From: Octopus sinensis | Taxonomy: Eukaryota | Assembly (NCBI RefSeq): GCF_006345805.1 | Contig: NW_021824489.1 | Span: forward strand, 1 to 18,445 | Length of the DNA: 18,445 nt | Direction: 5' to 3' | Part shown: positions 1 to 10,405 of the stretch, in pieces | Position numbering within the stretch: position 1 is the first letter of the stretch | Layout: the number at the start of each line of letters is the position of its first letter | Notes under the pieces: model-generated | The model's database searches: none | What the model saw: only the letters and a program-made list of their open reading frames with translations | What the model was told of the DNA's origin: nothing | Program-made: the position numbers and the translations under genes

Positions 1-366
1 ATTTGCCAGTGGTGGTCAGTACCTTTCTGGTTTTGATGTCCTAGCTGCGTATCTCATCGAGTGTCCAGTCCAATATGCCAAATGATGGTCCTAGCACTGG
101 CAGTGCGAAAGTATTGAGATATGGTCTTGTTAAATGCAAACAGCACTAAGTTCCATATTTTCTGGAGTCTACACAAGTACTCTTTTGTTATTCTGCTTTA
201 GTCACAACACCAATGAAATGCAACATTCTCATCAATTTCGAGGCACTTGTAGTTTTTACCATTAGAGATAGACAAGCCGTTTATGTACATGTTCCGTACC
301 TAGTCGACAATTTTTCTTCGGTTGACTATCATGTATGAACATTTATCTTACCCAAACTTCATTCCA

Positions 367-1192
367 ACGAGGCTGGACAGATAAGTTCATAGACTGACTA
401 AGAAGGGGTTATCATACAGTAATTAAACTTGGTATGCATTAAATTCAATCTTTACTGATGCTAACTGCATGTTTTCCTTCCAGATACATAACTGAGGACT
501 TGGAGAAGTGGTTCTATAAACATTTCCTGAAAATGGATAAAATTTGTCACCGTGGTGTTATCAAATATCTACAGAAAAAGGGGTTAGCCCCCATCCCCTC
601 AGGGACATTCATGTTGTCATGGCTGCTACATTAGGGGATGATGTTGTAGCTTTATCAACTGTGCAAAAGTGGGTAACTGAATTCAAAAGGGGTAGGGATA
701 GTCTTGAAGATTACCCAAAATCCAGATGTCCTACAACAGCCACCGCCTAAGAAAACATCAACGTATTCACCACATGGTGATGGATGACAGACGTTTAAAT
801 GCTAATCAGATAGCTAATGGGGTCCTACTTCACCAGGACAATGCTCTTGCACACAAGCCTGTAGTTGCAATGGCTACTGTGCGCGACTGTAGCTTTGAAT
901 TGGTTGACCACCTACCATATTCTCCTTATTTGGCGCCATCTGACTATTTTCTGTTCCCAACAAGAAAAAGACACATGACTGGGAAGCAATATCGGACCGA
1001 TAATGAGGTCGTATCTGCCGTTGAGGACTTTTTGGAGGGTCAGGATGAGAACTTCTATACCACAGGAATCCAAGCGTTGCAACACCGATGTAAGAAGTGT
1101 ATGGACCGCAGCGGAGACTATATCGAAAAAAAAAACACATTTGGTCAAGTTTGACTATTGTATTGTGGTCAGCCTATGAACTTTTCCGCCCA
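367..1192 (+). mobile_element. Internally deleted mariner (Tc1/mariner) DNA transposon inserted in the LINE
   Basis: Imperfect TIRs at 367-398 and 1168-1192 share AAGTTCATAG(A/G)CTGAC and enclose a transposase remnant. LINE coding sequence resumes on both sides. Confidence 0.88.
533..1135 (+). pseudogene. Mariner transposase pseudogene
   Basis: The N-terminal HTH part (MDKICHRGVIKYLQKKG..STVQKWVTEFKRGRDSLED..RIHHMVMDDRR) is fused at ~830 directly to the C-terminal part (GVLLHQDNA..HLPYSPYLAPSDYFLFP..GDYIEK). The central domain with the first catalytic D is missing, and there is a frameshift and a stop. Confidence 0.88.
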
Positions 1193-1303
1193 TGCTGCAA
1201 CTAATTCTAATTGTCTCTTTACGTTGATCATATTACCAGAATATAACTTTTGATTATTAACAAAAATGTATGGGTAACATTAATTTTATTCTTTTCTGCA
1301 TGT

Positions 1304-1608
1304 GGATGCACATGGCCTAGTGGTTAGAGCAGCGGACTCGCGATCGAGGGATCGCGGGTTCGAATCTCAGATCGCGCGATGTGTGTGTTTATGAGCGAAA
1401 CACCTAAGCTCCACGCGACTCCGGCAGAAGGTAATGGCGAACCTCTGCTGACTCTTTCGCCACAACTTTCTCTCTCTCTCTTTCCTCCTGCATCTTGCAG
1501 CTCACCTGCGACGGATCGGCGTCCCGTCCAAGTGGGGAACCTATGTGCCAAGGAAACCGGGAAACCAGCCCTTATCAGCCAGGCATGGCTCGAGAAGGAA
1601 CAAACAAA
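1304..1608 (+). mobile_element. Full-length tRNA-derived SINE (Octopus OR-type head)
   Basis: A box TGGCCTAGTGG, B box GGTTCGAATC and a (CAAA)n tail. It interrupts the LINE frame between GIFHGD..YYMLG and ..FVNNQKLY. Possible degenerate TSD (TCTGCATGT / CCAGCATGT). Confidence 0.85.
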
Positions 1609-2228
1609 TCCCAGCATGTAGTATTGACATTTTGTTAACAGGGCTGACAAAGGATTCACTGCCAGTACAAACATTACAGATAAATTATCACCGTGGAATA
1701 TGCCTGTTAATACATTAATTCTGTTTGTAACAATATCTGTTACTTTAGTATTTGTCAATAATAACTATGTGGACCATGTTGTGGTCAGTATGTCAATGAC
1801 ATTCATTATAGCGGCTGGTATTTTGGCAAGGTGGTGTGATTTTATCATCCATGAGACGAGCGCCTTCTTGTAGCTATATCGCTGTGAGATTACGGCGATG
1901 TTGCTTGGATCCCTCAAAGCCAGCTTTGTTGAGAAGGAGCTGTTTGGCAGAGCTGTTTGGCACAGCCTCAGACTCCTTTCTTTCTCCCTGCCTGTTCATC
2001 AGTTATAACGCCATTTGTTTGGCAGTGTTCTTGGAGAAACCTTTTCAGGCAACCTATGTACAATTTCTACATAACATTCAAGCATGCTATAGTTTTTACT
2101 CACATGGGTCTCTTTGTTCTTGCGGATAAAAGTAGTCCGTGCAACGGTCAGCCAATATGGTATAGCTAGTTCAAAGTCCATTGTATTCTTAAATAGGTAC
2201 GTGAGAATTTCCTTGTAGAACGTGAGCT

Positions 2229-2342
2229 TATGTATGATGCATGTATGTATGTATGTGTATGTTTCTATCTATGTATGTATGTATGTATGTATGTATGTAT
2301 GTATGTATGTTTGTATGTATGTATGCATGCATGTATGTATGC

Positions 2343-2375
<33 letters not shown>

Positions 2376-2412
2376 TGTATGTATGTATGTATGTATGTAT
2401 GTATGTATATAT
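2229..2412. repeat. (TATG)n microsatellite
   Basis: Seen directly; it explains the MYVC-type ORFs. Confidence 0.97.
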
Positions 2413-2648
2413 TTGTGTTTGTGTTCCCAGTCCGCCATGATGTAATTGCTAGCTAAAAGCTAACTCAATCATGTGACATCATATGAATTTATTCAACTTG
2501 AAACTAATTGCAATGTAAACATTTGTCTGGAGTCAATTTCATATATGACCCTTATAATCGCTTAACCATAAAATTAAATTAAAAATGAAAAGATAGAATT
2601 AATTAAAACTAGACATAGACATGTACCAAACTTTGGAGGAAAATGCCA

Positions 2649-2760
2649 GAAATGGAATTAGAGAAATGGAATTAGAGAAATGGAATTAGAGAAATGGAAT
2701 TAGAGAAATGGAATTAGAGAAATGGAATTAGAGAAATGGAATTAGAGAAATGGAATTAGA
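2649..2760. repeat. Minisatellite: 8 perfect copies of GAAATGGAATTAGA
   Basis: 112 bp = 8 x 14 with no mismatches seen. Confidence 0.95.
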
Positions 2761-2875
2761 GACGGAGCTAACAACGAAATACTAAACAACGCAAAAAAAT
2801 AACAACAAATGCGGACGTACACGATAGAACTCGCTAACAACCACAAGTGCAACACAATTACAACAAAAATTATCT

Positions 2876-3046
2876 ATTTCTTTACTACCCACAAGGGGCT
2901 AAACATAGAGGAGACAAACAAGGACAGACAGATGGATTAAGTCGATTACATCGACCCCAGGGCGTAACTGGTATTTATTTAATCGACTCCGAAAGGATGA
3001 AAGGCAAAGTCGACCTCGGCGGAATTTGAACTCAAAACGTTGCGGC
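2876..3046 (-). mobile_element. 5'-truncated SINE (family with the GCCGAGGTCGACTTTGCCTTTCATCC core)
   Basis: Reverse complement of the family at 16980-17206. TSD AAAAAT(T/G)ATCT at 2865-2875 and 3047-3057. Confidence 0.85.
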
Positions 3047-3156
3047 AAAAATGATCTGAAATGTCTATCATTCCATCATCAGCTGTTCTATTAGAGTTTA
3101 TTGAAGTTTCAACACTAAACAGTACAAGTCATTTCAACAGTATCAGCAATGTCAAA

Positions 3157-3225
<69 letters not shown>

Positions 3226-3230
3226 TATAT
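3157..3230. repeat. (CA)n-(AT)n microsatellite
   Basis: Seen directly. Confidence 0.95.
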
Positions 3231-3325
3231 AAAAATATTATTAGAGACAAAACCACTATTTTGCAAAACAAACAAGGAAAGACTTAATCAATACATAAAA
3301 TTTTAATAAATAGTCAAAAAAACCG

Positions 3326-3368
3326 CCACTACAATCGTTTCTTGTCTTGATCGACAATCTTCAGGTGG
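3326..3368 (-). ncRNA. Minimal type I hammerhead ribozyme motif (family A, left arm)
   Basis: Reverse complement reads CCAC-CTGAAGA-TTGTC-GATCAA-GACAA-GAAAC-GATT-GTA-GTGG, identical to 5396-5438. Confidence 0.78.
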
Positions 3369-3481
3369 ACTTCCAATCTAAAAAATCAAAATTTTAAAAA
3401 TATAAAAATAATAATTTTAATAATTAAAGTATAAATGAAAAATATAAGTATATAATCCATATAAACCTATATATAATCCAT

Positions 3482-4520
3482 ATCGAAAATATAGACAAAT
3501 TACCACGAATTCCCTAAAAAAAACCATGATAAAACAAAACTCTTAAAAACATAACGATAAAATCTCCCTTTCCTAAACTCTAAAACAAACCTATATAGTA
3601 ATCCCCCCTAACCTAAACATTCACACACAATACACACACGTAAACCACAGACCCACGACTTATACACATACCTATACTAACTTATAAACCTCATATACAC
3701 CAAAACCCACTCCCTCCCACACAGACAAATTAACACATACATCCCAAAACCTAAATAACAAACCCATATACACATTCACACACAAACACACACACACACG
3801 CAAAACACGCACACACAACAGATACATATACTCCCTCACATATACGCATATACATACTCACTAAACTCGACATATACAACAATACTTACACACCCAAAAA
3901 ATCATTAAATACATTTATTAGCTTTAACTCACCTTAGCAGCTCTAACAAACAACTTGCAGTAACCCAATCCCATTCTCTATGCCTACCTCACTACTACAC
4001 TATTCCATTCACAATTCCAAGCAACGCTAGTCCACCACCGGTTATTCACGTGGCAAAACGAACACCACTCAAAAATTATGAATGAAACAATGTAAAAAAA
4101 AACCAACATCGAAAATAGACAAATTACCACGAATTACCTAAAAAAAACCATGATAAACCAAAACTCATAAAAGCATATAACGATAAAATCTCCCTTTGCT
4201 AAACCCTATAACAAACTTAAATAGCAATCCCCCTAACCTAAACATTCACACACAAATCACACACGTAAACCACAGACCCAAGACTTATACACAAACCATA
4301 CTAACTTATAAACCTCAAAATACCACCAAAACCCACTCCCTCCCACACAGACAAATTAACACATACATCCCAAAACCTAAATAACAAACCCAAATACACA
4401 TTCACACACAAACACACACACACGCAAAACACACACACACAACAGATACATATACTCCTCACATATACGCATATACATACTCACTAAACTCGATATATAA
4501 CAACAATATTTACCACCCAC
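3482..4520. repeat. Diverged ~410-bp direct repeat (3482-3897 vs 4109-4520)
   Basis: Both copies begin ATCGAAAATA..GACAAATTACCACGAATT and stay colinear to ..ACAACAATA(C/T)TTAC. Confidence 0.9.
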
Positions 4521-5058
4521 ACTCATACAGATAAATAAATTAATTATACAACTAAAAACTCACAACCAATCTCATATACATAAACACTCCTATGAAAACA
4601 ACATTAAATACATCGTAATTAACCAGAATATCAAAAATAACAATATGACATAAGGATAAATCAAATACATACTTACAATTCAGTTACAAATTATGAAGTG
4701 AAATTAAATTCTTAGCCGTTAAAAAACCAAACAAAAATTACGTTACCATAGAAATAACTTATGTAAAAAAAGAATACACGCCATAGAAAGTAAACGTCAT
4801 TCAAAATATGAATGGAGAAATATAATAAATGGAACTAAAAACTATATCCACGTAGCAAACCAACGCTACTTAAAAAAATTATTATGAATGGATTCTTTAA
4901 AAACTACCATGAAAATCATTATAACATTTATGAGCTTTAGCTCACCCTAGCAGCTCTAACAAACACTTACAGTAACCCATAACTATTCTCGATGCATACC
5001 TCACTACCACACTAATCCATTCACAATTCCAAGCAACGCTAGTCCACCACCCGGTTAC
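3897..5058. repeat. Diverged ~140-bp direct repeat (~3897-4045 vs ~4912-5058)
   Basis: Shared AGCAGCTCTAACAAAC..CCATTCACAATTCCAAGCAACGCTAGTCCACCAC. Confidence 0.9.
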
Positions 5059-5395
5059 AATTCCCAACTCCACCCATTCATTCACAATTTAAACGACGTT
5101 CCCTTCCACAACGTGTGTGTATTTGTGTGTGAATGTTTAGGTTAGGGGGATTACTATATAGGTTTATAGGTTTGTTTTAGAGTTTAGGAAAGGGAGATTT
5201 TATCGTTATATGTTTTTAAGAGTTTTGTTTTATCATGGTTTTTTTTTAGGGAATTCGTGGTAATTTGTCTATATTTTCGATATGGATTATATATAGGTTA
5301 TATATGGATTATATACTTATATTTTTCATTTATACTTTAATTATTTAAAATTATATTTTTTTATATTTTAAAATTTTGATTTTTAGATTGGAAGT

Positions 5396-5438
5396 CCACC
5401 TGAAGATTGTCGATCAAGACAAGAAACGATTGTAGTGG
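5396..5438 (+). ncRNA. Minimal type I hammerhead ribozyme motif (family A, right arm)
   Basis: Stem I CCAC/GTGG; core CUGAAGA (5400-5406) and GAAA (5423-5426); stem II TTGTC/GACAA with a 6-nt loop; 2-bp stem III AC-GATT-GT; GUA cleavage triplet at 5432-5434. Confidence 0.78.
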
Positions 5439-5612
5439 CGGTTTTTTTTGACTATTTATTAAAATTTTATGTATTGATTAAGTCTTTCCTTGTTTGTTTT
5501 GCAAAATAGTGGTTTTGTCTCTAATAATATTTTAAATATTTTACTATAAAATTGATTTAATCCTAAATCTGATTTTTTTCCCTGTAAATTTGGATTTATT
5601 CCCTAATTTTAT

Positions 5613-5615
<3 letters not shown>

Positions 5616-5663
<48 letters not shown>
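5616..5663. repeat. (AT)n microsatellite
   Basis: Seen directly. Confidence 0.97.
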
Positions 5664-5666
<3 letters not shown>

Positions 5667-5909
5667 GCGTTGCTGCGCAATTAAGAAACTGGCTTTGCAA
5701 CCTTGTGAGCAAATTGGTAAACGAAACCTATGTGGAAACCCGCCGTATATACATATACGTATGTTGGCGGAGTGGGGCTTTTGCGTACTTATTCTAGCAT
5801 TTGTTCGAACACCGTTTGAAACCGGTGTTGATTTGTTTGTCTTTAATTTAGCATTTTGGCAAGAGTCCGATAGAATAAGTGCCAGACTTTAAAATTGTTT
5901 TAAAAAGAA

Positions 5910-6182
5910 ATGGCTGAGTAGTAAGAAGTTTGCTTCTCAATTACATGATTCCGGGTTCAGTGTGTGTGCCTTTGTCTCTGTGTTTGTCCGCCACCACCGC
6001 AACCACTTGAAAAAAACGATGTTGTTTGCTTACGTCCCCGTAACTTAGCGGTTCAGCAAAAGAGACCGATAGAATACATACCAGCTTTTAAAAAAAGTAC
6101 TGGGATCCATTCTTTCGATAAATAACTCTTCAAGGCTGTGCCCCAGCATGGCCGCATTCTAATGACTGAAACAAGTAAAAAA
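5910..6182 (+). mobile_element. Degraded, internally deleted SINE (Octopus OK-type family)
   Basis: The head ..AAGAAGTTTGCTTCTCAA..CCGGGTTCAGT joins the tail ACGTCCCCGTAACTTAGCGGTTC..GACTGAAACAAGTAAAA shared with other copies. Confidence 0.7.
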
Positions 6183-6762
6183 AAAATACCATATATATTT
6201 CGTGAAATAGAAAGCCATTTGATGGGATACAGGTTGTTTCTAAAATAAACCGGAAAAGGTTATGAAGTACATTTTACAAAGTAAATTTAACATGTATTTG
6301 TTAACACAGAAGCAAATACACATTCTTTTGTTTCTTTAATTTTTTTGTTTTTACCACAAACATTTTTCTTTAATATCTGGGTGAGAGCATTAGGCCTTGA
6401 GTGAGCTCCTGCATCTATGGAATGAGATTTCGGACAGAAGTTCCACGGTGGACAGGAAACAAGTTTGCCAGTTCTAAATGGAATATTTGATGAGGGTAGC
6501 TTTAAGCGGAAGCGGTACTTCATTAAAAGCATACTTAATGTCAAGGACATCGAGTTTATATTTTATATGCTTTATTTTTTAACTGTATTTGTTTGTTTTT
6601 TTTTTATTTATCAGTTTATAACATTATTTTTATATAATGTCATCAAACAATCTCACTTAGACCTGCATTTTTTGATGAACATCGTAACATCTGTATTTCT
6701 CTACCCTGCAGACATTTTGCTAACGATTTTCTGACCTGCATACAGTTTATCTGTGAACCAGA

Positions 6763-6815
6763 TACACCGGAAGTTAAAACAGCTTCCCTATAGTTGTAGG
6801 GCAACTTCCGGTGTA
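6763..6815. other. Perfect 13-bp inverted repeat with an inner hairpin
   Basis: TACACCGGAAGTT (6763-6775) / AACTTCCGGTGTA (6803-6815); inner CCCTA..TAGGG at 6786-6801. Each arm contains an ETS-type CCGGAAGT. Confidence 0.6.
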
Positions 6816-7200
6816 CATAAGCCAATATTTTTACATTTGTATATATTCATTATTCTTGCATTGTATTTTACTTAATAGTTCGAATTTTTTTTTTTTTTTT
6901 TGTATTTTGTCCTAAACCTCTTTTCTGAAAACTTAATTTAATCAACCATGTCTATATTTTTGTGAAGATTAAGCAGATAATTAACAATTAAAAACTAAAA
7001 TAACAGTGAAGCTACATTTATTCTCTCTTTCCCTCCCTCCCTCCTTCCCTCCCTCTCTCTCTCTCTCTCTTATTTATTTATCACTAGTTATTTTTCTCAG
7101 AAAAAAGGTCTTTTTTCTTCATTTCACTTCTTTGTAACTGAGGAATTAAGTGAAAAATTAACTAATATACATATATACGTACGCCGGTACGGACGTATGT

Positions 7201-7736
7201 ACATACTCACATACATACATACACACACACATACATACATACACACACACACATATATATAGATACAGACACACATACATACATACATACATACATACAT
7301 ACATACATAATACATACATACATACATACACATACATACACAACACACAATACATACATACATACATACATACATACAAACATACATACAAACATACATA
7401 CATACATACATACACTCACACATACATACATACATACATACAAACATACATACATACATACATACATACACACACACATACAAACACACATACATACATA
7501 CACACACACATACATACATACATACAAATACACATACATACATACATACATACATACATTCATACATACATTCATACACACATACAAACATACATACATA
7601 CATACATACATGCACACACACATACATACATACGCACATACGCACATACATACATACATACATACATACATACATACATACATACATACATACATACATA
7701 CATACATACATACATACATACATACATACATACATA
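7201..7736. repeat. Compound (CATA)n/(CA)n microsatellite
   Basis: Seen directly. Confidence 0.97.
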
Positions 7737-7776
7737 CGTTATATATATATTAACTTTTACAAAAAATACGTTGACA

Positions 7777-7842
7777 GTTACTTCGAAGTTTCTGTTTGCT
7801 CGCCTTCATCAAACTACAAGCAAGCGGAAACTTCGGCGTCAC
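7777..7842 (+). ncRNA. Candidate pre-miRNA-like hairpin
   Basis: 18 contiguous pairs between 7783-7800 and 7819-7836 (3 G-U), an 18-nt loop and an imperfect basal extension. Confidence 0.35.
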
Positions 7843-8054
7843 ATTTTTGCCTGGTAGAAGTTAATAAAATTGTACTCTACTCAAAAGCAGAGTACAAAGG
7901 TATTGAGTAATTCTTCGAGGTAATGTTAAACTGCTTTTATAACTTAACATAAAAACAAGCATCAGTGCATGAGTGTGCATGTATCTTTGTATGCATGTGT
8001 GTGAATGTGTATATATATATATTTATATATACATGCATATATTACGTTCCTTAC

Positions 8055-8160
8055 GTGAACGACCAGTCCATCAGATGTAGTTACACATCGCTGGTCACAA
8101 TGCGTTCGCATTGTTTTAGCCTTCGAATGACGCCACCCCGCTGGCTAAGCGAGCAGGCCA
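8055..8160 (-). mobile_element. 3' fragment of an Octopus SINE
   Basis: GACCAGTCCATCAGATGTAGTTACACATCGCTGGTCACAATGCG..GCTAAGCGAGCAGGCCA matches my recollection of an Octopus SINE 3' region; not database-checked. Confidence 0.5.
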
Positions 8161-8162
8161 AT

Positions 8163-8485
<323 letters not shown>

Positions 8486-8709
8486 TTCCTTGGTATAACT
8501 TGGAAATTTTCTTTCTGAACACATAATTTCAGGTTCAGTCCTACCGCGCGGCACTCTTATAGTATTGTTCCAAAGGATTATCATTATCTCTGTCTTTCGT
8601 TTGTCCACTCATTCGTATATACACACACGCACACATATATGTTTTTCTCTCGCTCTGGTCCAACGACCCTCCATGCTTGTTTTCGTTCGGTTTCTTTGTA
8701 TATCCCCAC

Positions 8710-8811
8710 TTTCGTGCTTTTCTTCCCAGCTTTGACCATCCATAATTCTTAAATTTTATTTTAGAATTCATGGGAGCAACTGTATTTGAAGACCCATATC
8801 GTCGTTGAATT
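8710..8811 (-). CDS. Possible isolated 102-nt coding exon of an unidentified host gene
   Basis: Pyrimidine-rich acceptor CTACTCCTCATTTCCAG| and a weak donor AAA|GTGGGG. Symmetric phase-2 open frame IQRRYGSSNTVAPMNSKIKFKNYGWSKLGRKAR; no recognised homology. Confidence 0.25.
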
Positions 8812-9028
8812 CTGGAAATGAGGAGTAGATAGACAGCCGACAACTAACTGATGAAGGGTTCTTTCTCTGTGTTTGCCAGTTCTGTTTTCCATTTTTTCTT
8901 GCTGCTTATGTATTTCATTCGTTTTTCCCTCGTTTGTTTATGTATTTCATGTTATTTGCACCGTTGGTGACGTCCTGTACCCATATATGCATGTATATAT
9001 ATTATTTAATATTTTATATAAATATATA

Positions 9029-9420
9029 TAGGTGCAGGAGTGGCTGTGTGGTAAGTAGCTTGCTTACCAACCACATGGTTCCGGGTTCAGTCCCACTGCG
9101 TGGCATCTTGGGCAATTGTCTTCTGCTATAGCCTCGGGCCAACCAAAGCCCAAAGCCTTGTGAGTGGATTTGGTAGACGGAAACTGAGAGAAGCCGTCGT
9201 AATATGTATGTATATATATATATGGTGTGTGTGTGTATGTTTGTGTCTGTTATTTGTGCCCTAGCATGCTTGACAACGATGCTGGTGTGTTACGTCCCCG
9301 GCAAAAGAGACCGATAGAATAAGTACTGGGCTTACAAAGAATAAGTCTGGGGTCGATTTGCTCGACAAAAGGCGGTGCTCCAGCATGACCGCAGTCAAAT
9401 GACTGAAACAAGTAAAAAAA
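9029..9420 (+). mobile_element. Full-length tRNA-derived SINE (OK-type)
   Basis: Head AGGTGCAGGAGTGGCTGTGTGGTAAG..GGGTTCAGTCCC, an internal TA/TG microsatellite and tail GACTGAAACAAGTAAAA. Confidence 0.9.
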
Positions 9421-9481
9421 ATATTTCTTTTTTAAAGTAGTTAACAGATGCAAAAGAACCATAGATGCAAAATTATCAATT

Positions 9482-9660
9482 AATAATGAAGAGTACTGCT
9501 TGTAGCACCAGCATGCTAAAGATAGCAGTCAAAACGACTCAAAATTATACTTCTCATTCTCTCGATTTTACTCTTGTGTACAAGTGAAAACTGTGGTTAT
9601 TGAGTCGTTTTGACTGCTATCTTTAGCATGCTGGTGCTACAAGTAGTACTCTTCATTATT
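9482..9660. mobile_element. 179-bp MITE-like hairpin with 61-bp inverted arms
   Basis: 9482-9542 and 9600-9660 are reverse complements with 1 mismatch, around a 57-bp spacer. Confidence 0.75.
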
Positions 9661-9682
9661 TATATAATGCCTGTAGCTGTGT

Positions 9683-10371
9683 AGGCGCAGGCGTGGTTGT
9701 GTAGGCGCAGGAGTGGCTCTGTAGTAAGAAACTTGCTCCCAACCACATGGTTCCACGTTCAGTCCCACTGCGTGGCACCTTGGGCAAGTGTCTTCTACTA
9801 TAGCCTCGGGCCGACCAAAGCCTTTTGAGTGGATTTGGTAGATGGAAACTGAAAGAATCCCGTCGTATCTTTTCAATCTCAGTTACAGATTTTTTAATCG
9901 ATTTCTTTTTTAACTAAACAGTTTGAAACTTCGGATACTGGTTGAATGTGTCACGTAGAACACGACTTACTCTTAAAGTTTGTGACAAAATTTTGTATTA
10001 TTTCGTGTTAAAGTTGTCGTATTTGGGTAATTTTGACCAATCAATGACGTTTTTGCAGCTGAAGAAAGTTATTGCTGTATGCAAAAGTAATGGAAGAGCA
10101 ACAATTTCCGGGTCATCGGGACATGAGAGAGAGAGAGAGAGAGAGAGTGTATGTGTGTGTGTGTGTGTATGTGTGTGTGTGTGTGGTGGGAGAAAAGTGT
10201 AAACGATAAGGAAGGTAGGTGAGAAAAACAGAAAGTTCTTTTATAGGAAATACATACGTGTGTGCGTGGGTATGTATTTTTTCCATCTTATCCATTGTGT
10301 CCTCTCGTTTATGTAATGTTAGCGTGTGACATTGAGAGAGATTTGGTTGTTATTTCCAGCAAATCGTAGAG

Positions 10372-10405
<34 letters not shown>

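Larger units (their letters stand above)
1..2225 (-). mobile_element. Decayed non-LTR retrotransposon (Dong/R4-like) reverse transcriptase region in three pieces (1609-2225, 1193-1303, 1-366)
   Basis: Manual minus-strand translation across stops and frameshifts gives these colinear RT motifs: IPYWLTVARTT..KNY; ACLNVM*KLY..EQAGRKKGV*GCAKQLLLNK; YKKA; GIFHGDNLS..LAVNPLS; FVNNQKLY (decayed FVDD-type catalytic motif); GMKFG*DKCS; NYKCLEIDE; NTFALPVLGPSFGILDWTLDEIRS*DIKTRKVLT. A 13-bp duplication at 1938-1962 shifts the frame. Confidence 0.85.
3232..5533. mobile_element. ORF-less fold-back element A (Penelope-like/retrozyme-like) with ~410-420 bp inverted arms
   Basis: 3232-3641 is a near-identical reverse complement of 5111-5533, around a 1469-bp spacer. 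Both arms carry a hammerhead motif. No RT or GIY-YIG ORF is recognisable. Confidence 0.7.

Noticed and set aside
1304-1380. tRNA gene
   Set aside because: The A and B boxes run into a SINE body and tail; no complete cloverleaf.
2222-2456. MYVC-type ORFs, and similar ORFs at 7124-7735, 8081-8608, 10350-10906 and 14820-15347
   Set aside because: These are translations of (TATG)n, (GATA)n, (GT)n or (AT)n microsatellites.
2649-2760. CRISPR-like array
   Set aside because: The units are contiguous with no spacers, and the context is eukaryotic.
4520-4912. Block W as a retained or spliced intron
   Set aside because: The junction in the W-less unit does not fit GT-AG removal on the element's sense (minus) strand.
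3541-5110. Mitochondrial insertion suggested by the A/C-rich, G-poor skew
   Set aside because: No mitochondrial gene, tRNA or rRNA is recognisable, and the segment is continuous with the hammerhead-bearing arm.
6287-6825. ORFs 6287-6550, 6465-6734 and 6643-6825 as coding exons
   Set aside because: No recognisable domain and no convincing splice-site pairs.
8846-8870. Other CTGATGA/CTGAAGA hits (also ~10059, ~16659, ~17820)
   Set aside because: No properly placed stem II, GAAA or stem I.
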